NCBI GenBank assembly: GCA_965204835.1
Contig: OZ242017.1
Span: 451,842 to 515,841 of the forward strand
DNA from: Dehalococcoidia bacterium
Lineage (GTDB): Bacteria > Chloroflexota > Dehalococcoidia > UBA2979
Reading direction: 5' to 3'
Length of the DNA: 64,000 nucleotides
Below are positions 18,915 through 28,087 of the stretch, in pieces. The notes under the pieces were generated by a model. The model was not told the DNA's origin and ran no database searches. It saw only the letters and a list, made by a program, of their open reading frames with translations. The first letter of the stretch is position 1. Every line of letters begins with the position of its first letter. A program made the translations under genes and the position numbers.

Positions 18915-20231
18915 CTACGGGATCGAGGGGTCGTAGTCCATCCCGGCGTGCTCCGTATCGACGAAGTGCTCGTACTCCTCGTCGGAGTAGCCGAGCAACT
19001 CCTTGTAGACGTACTCGTTGTCCTCGCCCAGGCGCGGGGCGGCGTGGCGCAGCCGGTTGGGGGTGCGCTCGGCGCTCCACAGCACGCCGGGGTACTCGTG
19101 GGCGCCCGCCTCGGGGTGCTCGAGGGTCTGGAAGTACTCGCGCTCGCGCAGGTGAGGGTCGGAGTAGGCGTCGGCCTCGTTGAGGATCGCGCCCGCTGCG
19201 ACGCCCGCCGCCTGCAGCTGCTGCATGGCCTCGACCGGGTCCTGGAAGATCGACCAGGTCAGGATCTCCGTGTCGGCCTCGTCGTGGTGGGCGCGACGCG
19301 CCTCGGCGGTTGCGAAGCGCTCATCCGCGGCGAGGTCGTCGCGGCCCATGACGCCGCAGAGCGCGCGCCACTCCTCGTCGGTCCCGATGCTGATCGAGAG
19401 CCAGCGGTCCTCGCCGGCGCAGGGGTAGACGCCCTGCGGCGCGTAGACGAGGTCGCGGTTGCCGCGGTAGCCGCTGAGCCGGCCGTTCATCGAGTAGTCG
19501 AGGATGTACTCGCCGAGGTAGCCGGTGAAGTTCTCGGCGGTCGCGCACTCCAGCTGGACGCCCTCGCCGGTGCGGCGGCGGTGACGCAGCCCGGCCATGA
19601 ACGCCATCGCGCCCGACACCCCGGAGGCGGGGTCGGCGAGCAGGCTCGTGCCGCTCTCGTCGGCGAGCGCGCCGGGGTAGCCGAACACCGAGTAGTGCCC
19701 GGACACCGCCTCCATGTGGCTGCCGAAGGTGCGGTACGCGCGGTACGGCCCGGTCAGGCCGAACGCGGGCAGGCGCACGAGGATGAACCGCGGGTTGATC
19801 TCCGAGATCCGCTCCCACGAGACGCCCGCGCGGTCCATGGTGTTCGGCGCGTTGTTCTCGACGAGGCCGTCGGAGACCTTGAGCAGCCGCTCGAAGACCT
19901 CCTGCCCCTCGGGGCGGGTGAGGTCCATGGTGACGGAGCGCTTGTTGCGCGCGTGGACGTTGAACAGCGCGGCGCGGTTCCATGGCCGGTCGCCCGGCTC
20001 ATGGTCCGGGTAGCCGCCCACGCCCCCCTGGCGCACCAGCTCCGGGCTCGGCCGCGCGAGGCCGCCACGGGTCGTCGAGGGGAAGAACTTCGTCGACTCG
20101 ACGCGGATCACCTCGGCGCCCCACTCGGAGAGCAGCTGGGTCGCGTACGGGCCGGCCCACACGACGGTGAAGTCGAGGATGCGGATGCCTTCGAGGGGGA
20201 GGCGCTTGCCGGAGCCGTTCCCGGTGGTCAT
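18915..20231 (-). CDS. CoA transferase, family III (CaiB/BaiF)
   Basis: 438 aa. Its start overlaps the upstream CoA-transferase stop (ATGA). Homologous to the C-terminal half of the fused gene at 42518..45043. Confidence 0.85.
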   Translation of the reverse strand: MTTGNGSGKRLPLEGIRILDFTVVWAGPYATQLLSEWGAEVIRVESTKFFPSTTRGGLARPSPELVRQGGVGGYPDHEPGDRPWNRAALFNVHARNKRSVTMDLTRPEGQEVFERLLKVSDGLVENNAPNTMDRAGVSWERISEINPRFILVRLPAFGLTGPYRAYRTFGSHMEAVSGHYSVFGYPGALADESGTSLLADPASGVSGAMAFMAGLRHRRRTGEGVQLECATAENFTGYLGEYILDYSMNGRLSGYRGNRDLVYAPQGVYPCAGEDRWLSISIGTDEEWRALCGVMGRDDLAADERFATAEARRAHHDEADTEILTWSIFQDPVEAMQQLQAAGVAAGAILNEADAYSDPHLREREYFQTLEHPEAGAHEYPGVLWSAERTPNRLRHAAPRLGEDNEYVYKELLGYSDEEYEHFVDTEHAGMDYDPSIP

Positions 20232-21451
20232 GACACCGCCCCCGACCCGCGCAGCTCGGCGATCGCGGCGGCGTCGAGGCCGAGCGTCTCGCCGAGGATC
20301 TCGTCGGTGTGCTCGCCCAGCAGCGGGGCTCGCTGCCGTGGTGGGGGCGGCCACTCGTGCGCGCTCGAGCGGTACGTGCGGCCCGCGTAGGTCTGGGGGC
20401 CGGTGGTCGGGTGGTCGATGGTCTGGAAGAAGGCGCGCTCGCTGAAGTGCGGGTCGGTCAGCAGCTCGGAGATGGTGTTCACGGGCCCTCCGTAGACGCC
20501 GGCGTCCTCGACGGCCTGGCGGATCTCGCGCTTCGAGTGGCTCAGCATCCACTCGCCGACAAGCGCCTGGAACTGCGCCATCGGCTCCTCCTGGCCCCGC
20601 CACGCGGGGTCGAGCCAGTTGGGATCCTCGAGGAGCTCGGGGTGGCCGATCATCTCGGCCATCGCGGGCCAGCGCGGGCCGACGACGGTGGTGAAGAAGA
20701 AGCCGTCGTCGCCGGTCGGCCAGATGCCGGAGCCGGGCGTCTGGCCGGCGGGCGGGCGGCCCGACGTCTCGCCGGTGTACTGGTAGTTGAGCAGGCTGGT
20801 CGTGCGACGGTCGATGAGCCCCATGAACGTCTCGAAGAAGTTGACGTCCAGGTGGTCGCCCTCGCCGCTGGCGTCGGCGCCCCAGAGCGCGATGTTCGTC
20901 GCCGCCGCGGCGGTCGCGCCGACCTGGTAGGCGGGGGTGTGGCCCGCCGTCTTGAGCGGCTCGCGGTCCGGGCTGCCCGTGTAGAGCATCGGGCCGCCCA
21001 TGCCCCAGATCGTGAGCTCGGAGCCCTTCCAGTCGCGGTACGGCCCGCTCTGCCCGTAGTTGCTGATCGAGGTCACGACGATCGCCGGGTTCACGGCACT
21101 CAGCGCCTCGTACCCCAGCCCGAGGTCGTCGAGGGTGCCGGGGCTGAAGTTCTCGATCACCACGTCGGCCCACCCGGCGAGCCGCAGCACGGTCTCGCGG
21201 CCGCCCTCGGACGCGAGGTCGATGGCGATCGAGCGCTTGTTGGTGTTGAGGTGCAGGAACAGCGCGGAGCGCTCGATGCCCGGCTCGTCCTCGAAGAACG
21301 GCGGCATGAGGCGCGCGGGGTCGCCCTCGCCGGGGCGCTCGACCTTCACGATGTCCGCGCCGTAGTCGCCGAGCACGCGCGTGCAGTAGGGGCCGGCGAC
21401 GTGCCAGCTCAGGTCGAGCACGCGCACATCCGAAAGCGGGAGGTCCACCAT
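20228..21451 (-). CDS. CoA transferase, family III (CaiB/BaiF)
   Basis: 407 aa. GGAG is 7 nt before the ATG. Homologous to the N-terminal half of the fused gene at 42518..45043. Confidence 0.85.
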   Translation of the reverse strand: MVDLPLSDVRVLDLSWHVAGPYCTRVLGDYGADIVKVERPGEGDPARLMPPFFEDEPGIERSALFLHLNTNKRSIAIDLASEGGRETVLRLAGWADVVIENFSPGTLDDLGLGYEALSAVNPAIVVTSISNYGQSGPYRDWKGSELTIWGMGGPMLYTGSPDREPLKTAGHTPAYQVGATAAAATNIALWGADASGEGDHLDVNFFETFMGLIDRRTTSLLNYQYTGETSGRPPAGQTPGSGIWPTGDDGFFFTTVVGPRWPAMAEMIGHPELLEDPNWLDPAWRGQEEPMAQFQALVGEWMLSHSKREIRQAVEDAGVYGGPVNTISELLTDPHFSERAFFQTIDHPTTGPQTYAGRTYRSSAHEWPPPPRQRAPLLGEHTDEILGETLGLDAAAIAELRGSGAVS

Positions 21452-21568
21452 CACTCACTCCTCGGTCTGCGAGGCGGCGATTATCGCACGCGCGGGCGGC
21501 GCGTCGAACACACGCCGTCGCGTGATGCACGGAGTGCTCGGCGCGATGCTGGGGTGGGGGGTGTCAGT

Positions 21569-21598
21569 TTGACAGCCTGAGCAACGCACGAGGATCAT
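21569..21598 (+). promoter_or_regulatory. candidate promoter (TTGACA-N18-GATCAT) plus SD GGAGG for the DUF433/DUF5615 pair
   Basis: Perfect -35 hexamer and a weak -10, about 25 nt upstream of the ATG at 21623. Confidence 0.3.
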
Positions 21599-21622
21599 GA
21601 CGGCGTCCCGGAGGCGCTGACC

Positions 21623-21850
21623 ATGGACTGGCGCGACTACATCACCGTCGACCCGAACGTCTGCCACGGGCAGGCCTGCCTCACGGGCACTCGCGTTATG
21701 GTCACCGTGATCCTCGACAACCTCGCTGCGGGGTTGACGCCCGCGGAGATCGCAGAGAGCTACCCGTCCATGTCTGTCGATGCGGTCAGGGCGGCCCTCC
21801 AGTACGCGGCCGAGTTGGCTCGCGAGCGGACTGTGCCACTGGGAGCATAG
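21623..21850 (+). CDS. DUF433 domain protein (antitoxin-like)
   Basis: 75 aa with YITVDPNVCHGQACLTGTRV, the DUF433 signature. Confidence 0.7.
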   Translation: MDWRDYITVDPNVCHGQACLTGTRVMVTVILDNLAAGLTPAEIAESYPSMSVDAVRAALQYAAELARERTVPLGA

Positions 21851-21859
21851 CGACGCTCG

Positions 21860-22213
21860 ATGCGGGTCAAGCTCGACGAGAACCTGCCGGTCCAGCTCAA
21901 GGCCCTATTCACTGAGTCCGGCCATGACGCGGCGACGGTCGTCGACGAGGGTTTGGGTGGAGCGCACGACGCGGCGATCGCGTCGGCCTGCATCACCGAA
22001 GAACGCGTGTTGATCACGCTGGACCTGGATTTCGCAGATATACGGACGTACCCGCCGACCGCGCACCCCGGCATCGTCGTGTTCCGGCTCCCGAGGGCGG
22101 ATCGCGACGCTGTCCTGAACGTTGACGCCGTCCTGCTTGAACGGCTGGGAGAGTCATCCCCGGAGGGTCAGCTCTGGATCGTCGAAGACTCACGGATCCG
22201 AATCCGGGAGTGA
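21860..22213 (+). CDS. DUF5615 (PIN-like) domain protein, putative toxin partner of DUF433
   Basis: 117 aa beginning MRVKLDENLP and containing ITLDLDF. Starts 9 nt after the DUF433 stop. Confidence 0.7.
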   Translation: MRVKLDENLPVQLKALFTESGHDAATVVDEGLGGAHDAAIASACITEERVLITLDLDFADIRTYPPTAHPGIVVFRLPRADRDAVLNVDAVLLERLGESSPEGQLWIVEDSRIRIRE

Positions 22214-22283
22214 GCCATGACCACCCTCGAGGGTGGTCGGACCCGGAGAGACACGCGGGGGCCAGACCGACGTCGCCGCGGCG

Positions 22284-23753
22284 TCAGGCCGAGGCGGCCG
22301 TGTCCGCGTGGCCGTCTGACCCGCGCCATGCCGCCTCGGCGCGCTCGGCGATGGCGCGGGTGAGGCCGTCGAAGATGCGGACGTGGATGGGCCACAGCGC
22401 GTACCAGTAGAGCAAGCCCGGCATCCCCGCGGGGTGGAAGTGCGCCTGCGTGGCGATGCTGGCGCCCTCGCCGACCGGGGTGACGACGAACTCCAGCACG
22501 GCCGAGCCCGGCAGCTTCATCTCCGCCAGCAACGTCAACCGCCGCCCCGGCTCCACCGCCTCGACGCGCCACCAGTCGAGCGTGTCGCCGACGCGCAGGT
22601 CGTGCGGGTGGCGTCTGCCGCGCCGCATCCCGACTCCGCCGGCGAGGCGGTCGAGGAGCCCTCGGAGCCACCACAGGCGGTCGGCGTAGTACCAGCCGCG
22701 GTCGCCGCCGATGGACGCGACCTGCGCCCACACCGCCTCGGGCGGCGCGTCGACGCGCGCCTCGGACCGCGAGCGCTTGTCGTAGAACGAGATGTCGTGG
22801 CGCTGCTGGCGGAACCGGAACGCGCCCTCCGTCCAGCGCGCGGGCGGCCCGGCCGTCTCCTTTTCCTCGTCGAGGGCGGCCCGCACGGCCTGCTCGTAGG
22901 TGTGCAGGCGGATCGGGATCGCCTCGCGCAGCGGCCACGGGTTCGTCGACACCAGGTCGTGCGCGAGCCCGTCGATGAGCGGGCGCGCGACGCTCGCGGG
23001 CGCGGCCGTGATGAGGTCGAGCCAGTACGAGGAGAGGCGTGGGCTGAGCACGGGCACCGGCAGGATGAAGAGCGGCCGCTCCGCCACGCGCGCGAACTGC
23101 TGCATCAGCTCCTGGTAGGTGAGCGTCTCCAGCCCGACCGCGTCGTACGTGTGGCCCTCGGTCTCCTCGTGCTCCGGCAGCCGCACGAGGTAGTTGATGA
23201 GGTCGTCGAGGGCGATCGGCTGGCTGCGCGACCGCACCCAGCGCGGCGTGACCATGACCGGCAGGTGGTAGACGAGGTCGCGGATCACCTCGAAGGCGGC
23301 GGAGCCGGGGCCCACGACGATCCCGGCGCGCAGCTCGGTGACGGGCACGGAGCCCGCGCGCAGCAGGTCGCCGGTCTCGCGCCGCGAGCGCAGGTGCGCG
23401 GACGCCTCGCCCTCGGGCTGCAGGCCGCCGAGGTAGATGATGCGCTGCACGCCCGCGCGCTCGGCCGCCTGGCGGAACGTCGTGGCGGCGACGCGGTCGA
23501 TCTCCGCGAAGCGCCGCCCCGCGGCCATCGAGTGGACGAGGTAGTACGCGATCTCGACGCCATCGAGCGCGGCGTCGAGCGACGTGCCGTCGAGCGCGTC
23601 GGCGGCGACGATTTCGACGCCCTCCCACCCGCGCGCCTCGAGCGTGTCGCGTCGCCGCGAGGAGGCGCGGACGCGGTGGCCGCGCGCGGCCAGCTCGGGG
23701 ACGAGGTGCGTCCCCACGTACCCGCTCGCGCCCAGGACCAGGATGTTGGACAT
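22284..23753 (-). CDS. NAD(P)H-binding SDR-like domain fused to a DUF2867/SRPBCC-like domain
   Basis: N-terminus ILVLGASGYVGTHL (Rossmann fold). 489 aa. Confidence 0.7.
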   Translation of the reverse strand: MSNILVLGASGYVGTHLVPELAARGHRVRASSRRRDTLEARGWEGVEIVAADALDGTSLDAALDGVEIAYYLVHSMAAGRRFAEIDRVAATTFRQAAERAGVQRIIYLGGLQPEGEASAHLRSRRETGDLLRAGSVPVTELRAGIVVGPGSAAFEVIRDLVYHLPVMVTPRWVRSRSQPIALDDLINYLVRLPEHEETEGHTYDAVGLETLTYQELMQQFARVAERPLFILPVPVLSPRLSSYWLDLITAAPASVARPLIDGLAHDLVSTNPWPLREAIPIRLHTYEQAVRAALDEEKETAGPPARWTEGAFRFRQQRHDISFYDKRSRSEARVDAPPEAVWAQVASIGGDRGWYYADRLWWLRGLLDRLAGGVGMRRGRRHPHDLRVGDTLDWWRVEAVEPGRRLTLLAEMKLPGSAVLEFVVTPVGEGASIATQAHFHPAGMPGLLYWYALWPIHVRIFDGLTRAIAERAEAAWRGSDGHADTAASA

Positions 23754-23819
23754 GGCTCACCTCGCTGGGAGGCGGGTGGCCGTCCGTCGGGCCGGGCGGC
23801 CGGACCGCCCCCATCCATG

Positions 23820-26800
23820 TTACGGCGAAGCGACCATCGTCGGCTCGTGCTCGGCCTCGGCGGGCGCGCCCGGCGTGACGAGGCGGCTGGTCGCGCCGTT
23901 GCGCACCACCTCGACGCGGTCGGGGAGGCGCTCGGCGACCTCCGGGATGTGCGAGATCACGCCGACGAGCCGCTGTCCGCCCGCCAGCATCTCGAGGCCC
24001 CCGATGGCGGTGTCGAGCGAGTCCTGGTCGAGCGCCCCGAAGCCCTCGTCCAGGAACAGCGACTCGAGCGACATCGCGCCGCCGCGCCCGGCGATCTCCG
24101 GCAGCCGCTCGGACAGCGCGAGGGCGAGCGCGAGGCTCGCGAGGAACGTCTCGCCGCCCGACAGCGTCCTGACCGAACGGCGCTCGTCGCCGTTGAGGCG
24201 GTCGACCACCGAGAACGCCTCGCCCTCCACGACCAGGCGGTAGCGCCCGCTCGACAGCGCGAGCAGGCGCTCGCCGGCGTCGACGGCGAGGAGGTGCATC
24301 GCCTCGCGCTGCACGTAGGCGATGAAGCGGTCGCGGCGCAGTTCGAGGGCGAGCGAGTCGGCGAGCTGTGCGTTGCCGTCGTACGTCTCGGCGTCGCCGC
24401 GCATCTGCTCGGCGCGCTCGGCGTCGGCGCGGGCGGTCTGGAGTCGCTGCGCCGCGAGGTCTCGCTCGCGCTCGGACGCGCCGAGGGCTGCCCGGTGCTC
24501 CTCGATGATGCCGGGCACGCGCCCGGCGTCGGTGACGCCCTCGACGGCGGCGGCCGTCCACGCCTCGTCGAGTCGTTGGCGCGCCTCGACGGCTGCGCCG
24601 CGCGCTGTCTCGGCGTCGCCCGCGCGTCGCTCGACGGCGGACTCGGCACGTGCGAGGGCTTCACGGGCCGCCTCGACGCGCGCATCCGCGCCGGCCAGTT
24701 CCTGCGCGGCGGCGCCGAGTGCGTCTCCGATCTCGCGGTGGCGTGCGGCTTGCTGCTGCGCCGCTGTGAGCGCGGCGCGAGCGGCGTCCGCGTCGACGTC
24801 CGCCGCGCCGAGTGAGGCGAGGTGTTCCCGCGCGCGTGCCAGCTCGGCGTCCGCCCGCGTGCGGCGCTCGTTCGCGCGCGTCACATCCGCTTCCGCTGCG
24901 CGCGATCGCTCGGCTGCGGAGCGGGCCTGCTCGGCGGCAGCCGTCACGTCAGCGCTCGCCCCACGATGGCGCTCGATCGCCGCGTCGAGTGCAGCCCGCA
25001 CCGCGTCAGCCTCGCCCGCCTCGCCATCGCGCCCCTCCACCGCACCAAGCGCGTCGCCAATGGAGGCGTGCGAGATGCGAAGCGCGGCTGCCGCCTCGCC
25101 CGCCTGGGTGCGTGCGGCCTCGGCAGCCTCGGCGCGGTCGCGCGCCTCGCCACCCGCAGCCGATGCCGCGGCGACGGCCGCCGCGAGCGCGTCGGCCTCG
25201 ACGCCAGACTGCGCGGCCTCGTCGCGGAGCGCCGCGAGGTCGGCGGTCGCGCGGTCGGTGGCGGCCGACGCCTGCGCGGCGTTCGCCTCGGCCGCTGCGA
25301 GGCTCGTCGCCGCCACCGCCTGCTCCGCCCGGGCCTCGCGCAGCGCTGCCTCGGCGGCTTCGAGGGCTGCTTTTGCCGCGTCGAGGGCGGGGGCGTCCTG
25401 CAGCTCGATGTGCTCGATGGGCTCACCGCAGACGGGGCAGATGTCCCCGGGCTGGAGGCCACGCTGGAGCGCGAGCGCCGCGTCCTGCTGCTGCGCGTGC
25501 TCGAACGCGTCGGCGCGCGTCTCGCGCTCCGACTCCGCGTCGCTCAGCCGTGTGCCCGCAGCGTCCGAGGCCTGCCCGGCCGCCTCGTGCGCCCCGCGCG
25601 CCTCCTCGTGCTCCCGTCCGGCGGCGACGAGCACGGCCTGCTGCTGCCGCAGCCGCTCGTCGAGCGCGGCGAGGTGGCGTGCCCGCTCGTCGTAGTCCGC
25701 GGCGGCGCGCTCCGCGGCCACGCGCTCGTCGTCGGCGGTGTTCGCGGCCTCGCCGAGCGCCCGCTCCGTCGCGAGCGCCGCGGCAGCCGCCGCCGCGAGG
25801 TCCGCGAGGGCGGCCTGCTGCGTCGCCTCGGCCCGGCCGCGTGTGGCGTCCGCGGCGTCCGACTCGCCCCGGAGGCGCGTCGCCTCATCTGCCGCGCGCT
25901 CGGCATCCTCGATCGCCTCACGCTGCTCGGCCTCTGCGGCGTCGAGGGCACGCCGGGCGGCCTCGCGCTGGTCGAGCATCTGCACCTCGCGTTCGAGGCG
26001 GCGGTGCTCCGGCTCGTCGTAGGCGAGCTCGGTGCGCGCGGCGTCGAGGCGTGCGTGCTCGGCCTGCGCCTGCTCGCGGCCCTGCTCGTCGCGGGCGAGG
26101 GCGTCGCGGGCGGCCTCGGCGTCACGGGTCGCTTCGGCGCTTGCGGCGGCGGCGAGCGCCGACGTGCGTTCGGCCTCGGTGCTCGCCGACGCCTGTTCGG
26201 CGAGCGCGGCGAGCAGCGCTGTGCGACCGTCAAGCGCCTCGGCGCGCGCGGCGAGCGCCGCGTGCTCGCGTTCGAGGTGCGCAATCGTCTCAGGCGTGGC
26301 GATGTCGAGGCGTTCGATCTGCTCGCGCAGCGCATCCCCGGCGCTGCGCGCGCCCGCGGCCCGGTTGCGCGCGGCGCGCCCCGCCTCCTCGTAGCGCCCG
26401 AGGCCAAGCAGGCGCGTCAGGATGTCGCGGCGTTGCGGCTCGTCGCCGCGCAGGAACGTGTCGAACGCGCCCTGCGGCAGCAGCACCGTCTTGGTGAACG
26501 TCGCGAAGTCGAGCCCGAGCAGGTTCTCGATGCGCTGGGTGACCTCGCGCGAGCGGTCCTCGAGCGGCTCGAACGAGCCGTCGACGCGCTGATGCTCCAG
26601 CCGTGCGCCGAGGTTGCCGGGAGCCTGCCGGCTCACGCGGTAGCGGTCGCCGCGCACGCTGAAGTCGAACTGGACGGCCATCGCCTTCGAGCCGTGCGTG
26701 ATGAGCTGGCGCGTCTCGCGCCCCACGCGCGGCACCTGGCCGTAGAGCGCCCACGTCATCGCGTCGAGCAGCGAGGACTTGCCCGCGCCCGTCGGGCCGG

Positions 26801-26891
26801 TGATCGCGAACAGGCGCCGCTCCTCGAAGTCGAGGACGGCGGGCTCCTTGAACGACGTGAAGCCGCGCACTTCCAGGCGGAGCGGCCTCAC
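23820..26891 (-). CDS. sbcC: SbcC/Rad50-type double-strand-break repair ATPase
   Basis: Walker A in FAITGPTGAGKSSLLDA, a long Ala/Glu/Arg coiled-coil, Cys hook PVCGEP, C-terminal signature LSGGE and Walker B FLDEGFGALD. The GTG start overlaps the sbcD stop (GTGA). Confidence 0.8.
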   Translation of the reverse strand: MRPLRLEVRGFTSFKEPAVLDFEERRLFAITGPTGAGKSSLLDAMTWALYGQVPRVGRETRQLITHGSKAMAVQFDFSVRGDRYRVSRQAPGNLGARLEHQRVDGSFEPLEDRSREVTQRIENLLGLDFATFTKTVLLPQGAFDTFLRGDEPQRRDILTRLLGLGRYEEAGRAARNRAAGARSAGDALREQIERLDIATPETIAHLEREHAALAARAEALDGRTALLAALAEQASASTEAERTSALAAAASAEATRDAEAARDALARDEQGREQAQAEHARLDAARTELAYDEPEHRRLEREVQMLDQREAARRALDAAEAEQREAIEDAERAADEATRLRGESDAADATRGRAEATQQAALADLAAAAAAALATERALGEAANTADDERVAAERAAADYDERARHLAALDERLRQQQAVLVAAGREHEEARGAHEAAGQASDAAGTRLSDAESERETRADAFEHAQQQDAALALQRGLQPGDICPVCGEPIEHIELQDAPALDAAKAALEAAEAALREARAEQAVAATSLAAAEANAAQASAATDRATADLAALRDEAAQSGVEADALAAAVAAASAAGGEARDRAEAAEAARTQAGEAAAALRISHASIGDALGAVEGRDGEAGEADAVRAALDAAIERHRGASADVTAAAEQARSAAERSRAAEADVTRANERRTRADAELARAREHLASLGAADVDADAARAALTAAQQQAARHREIGDALGAAAQELAGADARVEAAREALARAESAVERRAGDAETARGAAVEARQRLDEAWTAAAVEGVTDAGRVPGIIEEHRAALGASERERDLAAQRLQTARADAERAEQMRGDAETYDGNAQLADSLALELRRDRFIAYVQREAMHLLAVDAGERLLALSSGRYRLVVEGEAFSVVDRLNGDERRSVRTLSGGETFLASLALALALSERLPEIAGRGGAMSLESLFLDEGFGALDQDSLDTAIGGLEMLAGGQRLVGVISHIPEVAERLPDRVEVVRNGATSRLVTPGAPAEAEHEPTMVASP

Positions 26892-28087
26892 CGGAGCGCC
26901 GCCGCTTCGCCCGCGGCCTCCGCCGCGCGCGCCTCGTCGCCCTCGACGAGCAGCTCCTCGAAGAGCCCGACGAGTTCCGGCGCGGGGTCCGCGCCGTGCT
27001 GCGCCTGGTAGTAGCGCGTGAACAGCTCGGCGTCGCTCAGGTTGGCGATCGCCTCGACCGCCTGGTCGTCCTCGGGCGCGTCGTACTCGAGCTGGACGTC
27101 GACGGCGTTTGGAAGCTCGGCGCGGACGCGCTCGGCGATGCCCGGCTCGGGCCGCTCGACATCGAGGCGGACGCGGAGGTGCGACCCGCGGTGCTCCTCG
27201 GCCTGCGCGAGCACCTCGTCGAGCGTGCCGCGCAGCTCGGCGAGGGGGCGGCCCTTGGTGAGCGGGACGGTCGTCGGCGTCACTGGGCGGTTCGGCTCCG
27301 CGTCGATGATGCGCACGAGCTTCTGCTGGCCGCGTTCGCCGAAGTCGAGCTGCAGCAGCGAGCCGCTGTACGCCGTCGGGATGCTGTGCTCGATCTCCTG
27401 GGGCTCGTGCACATGGCCGAGCGCGATGTACTGGGGCGTCGCGGGCAGGCTGGCGGCGGTCACGCCGTAGGTCTGGCCGATGTGCAGCTTGCGCTCGGAA
27501 CCGTCGACGCGCGCAATACGGGCGTTGTCGACGAAGATGTGCGTCGCGAGGATGTTGACCGTGCTCGTGTCCACGAACGGGTCGCACGACGCGCGCAGGA
27601 TCTCCGCGACGCCGTCCGCGTAGGCGCTGAGCCAGTCCTCCTCCAGCCCCATGATCCCCGCGGCGTCCACGTAGCGGCCCTCGGTGATGAAGGGCACGGC
27701 GGCGATGCGGGCGATGTGATCGCGGCCCTCGATGGTGAGCACGCCGCCCGCGTTCGGGCGTCGCACCTCCCACTGCGTCTGCACGCCGAGCAGCTCGGAG
27801 AGCAGGCCGAGCGCGCGCAGCTTGCGGGGGTTGTCGTGGTTCCCGGCCAGCAGCACCACCTGGATGTCGTGGCCGATGCACTCGCGCAGCGCCTCGAACA
27901 CGAGCCGGTCCGACTCCGCCGAGGGGGCATGATGGTCCCAGATGTCGCCGCACACCAGCATCGCCTCGACCTGCTCCTGGCGGGCGATGTCGATGACCTC
28001 GGCGAGCACGGCCTCGAACTCCGCGACGCGGCTGCGGCCGCGCATGGTGCGGCCGACGTGCCAGTCGGCGGTGTGGAGCAGCCTCAC
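26888..28087 (-). CDS. sbcD: SbcD/Mre11-type nuclease
   Basis: N-terminus VRLLHTADWHVG with calcineurin-like phosphoesterase motifs GDIWDH and GNHD. GTGA overlap with the upstream HerA-like gene. Confidence 0.85.
   Translation of the reverse strand: MRLLHTADWHVGRTMRGRSRVAEFEAVLAEVIDIARQEQVEAMLVCGDIWDHHAPSAESDRLVFEALRECIGHDIQVVLLAGNHDNPRKLRALGLLSELLGVQTQWEVRRPNAGGVLTIEGRDHIARIAAVPFITEGRYVDAAGIMGLEEDWLSAYADGVAEILRASCDPFVDTSTVNILATHIFVDNARIARVDGSERKLHIGQTYGVTAASLPATPQYIALGHVHEPQEIEHSIPTAYSGSLLQLDFGERGQQKLVRIIDAEPNRPVTPTTVPLTKGRPLAELRGTLDEVLAQAEEHRGSHLRVRLDVERPEPGIAERVRAELPNAVDVQLEYDAPEDDQAVEAIANLSDAELFTRYYQAQHGADPAPELVGLFEELLVEGDEARAAEAAGEAAALR

Noticed and set aside
16864-18936. 690-aa ORF on the plus strand
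   Set aside because: Antisense to the well-supported Tat-SBP gene 16897..18711. Low-complexity R/G/V-rich translation.
22168-24815. Overlapping ORFs of about 800 aa on both strands across the SDR/DUF2867 and sbcC region
   Set aside because: Shadow frames. The real genes (22284..23753 and sbcC) carry clear motifs.
26892-27953. Upstream in-frame extension of the sbcC ORF (ORF track 23820..27953)
   Set aside because: The extension overlaps sbcD in another frame and has junk composition. The SbcC N-terminus VRPLRLEVRGFTSF with a GTGA-coupled GTG start at 26891 is the canonical beginning.
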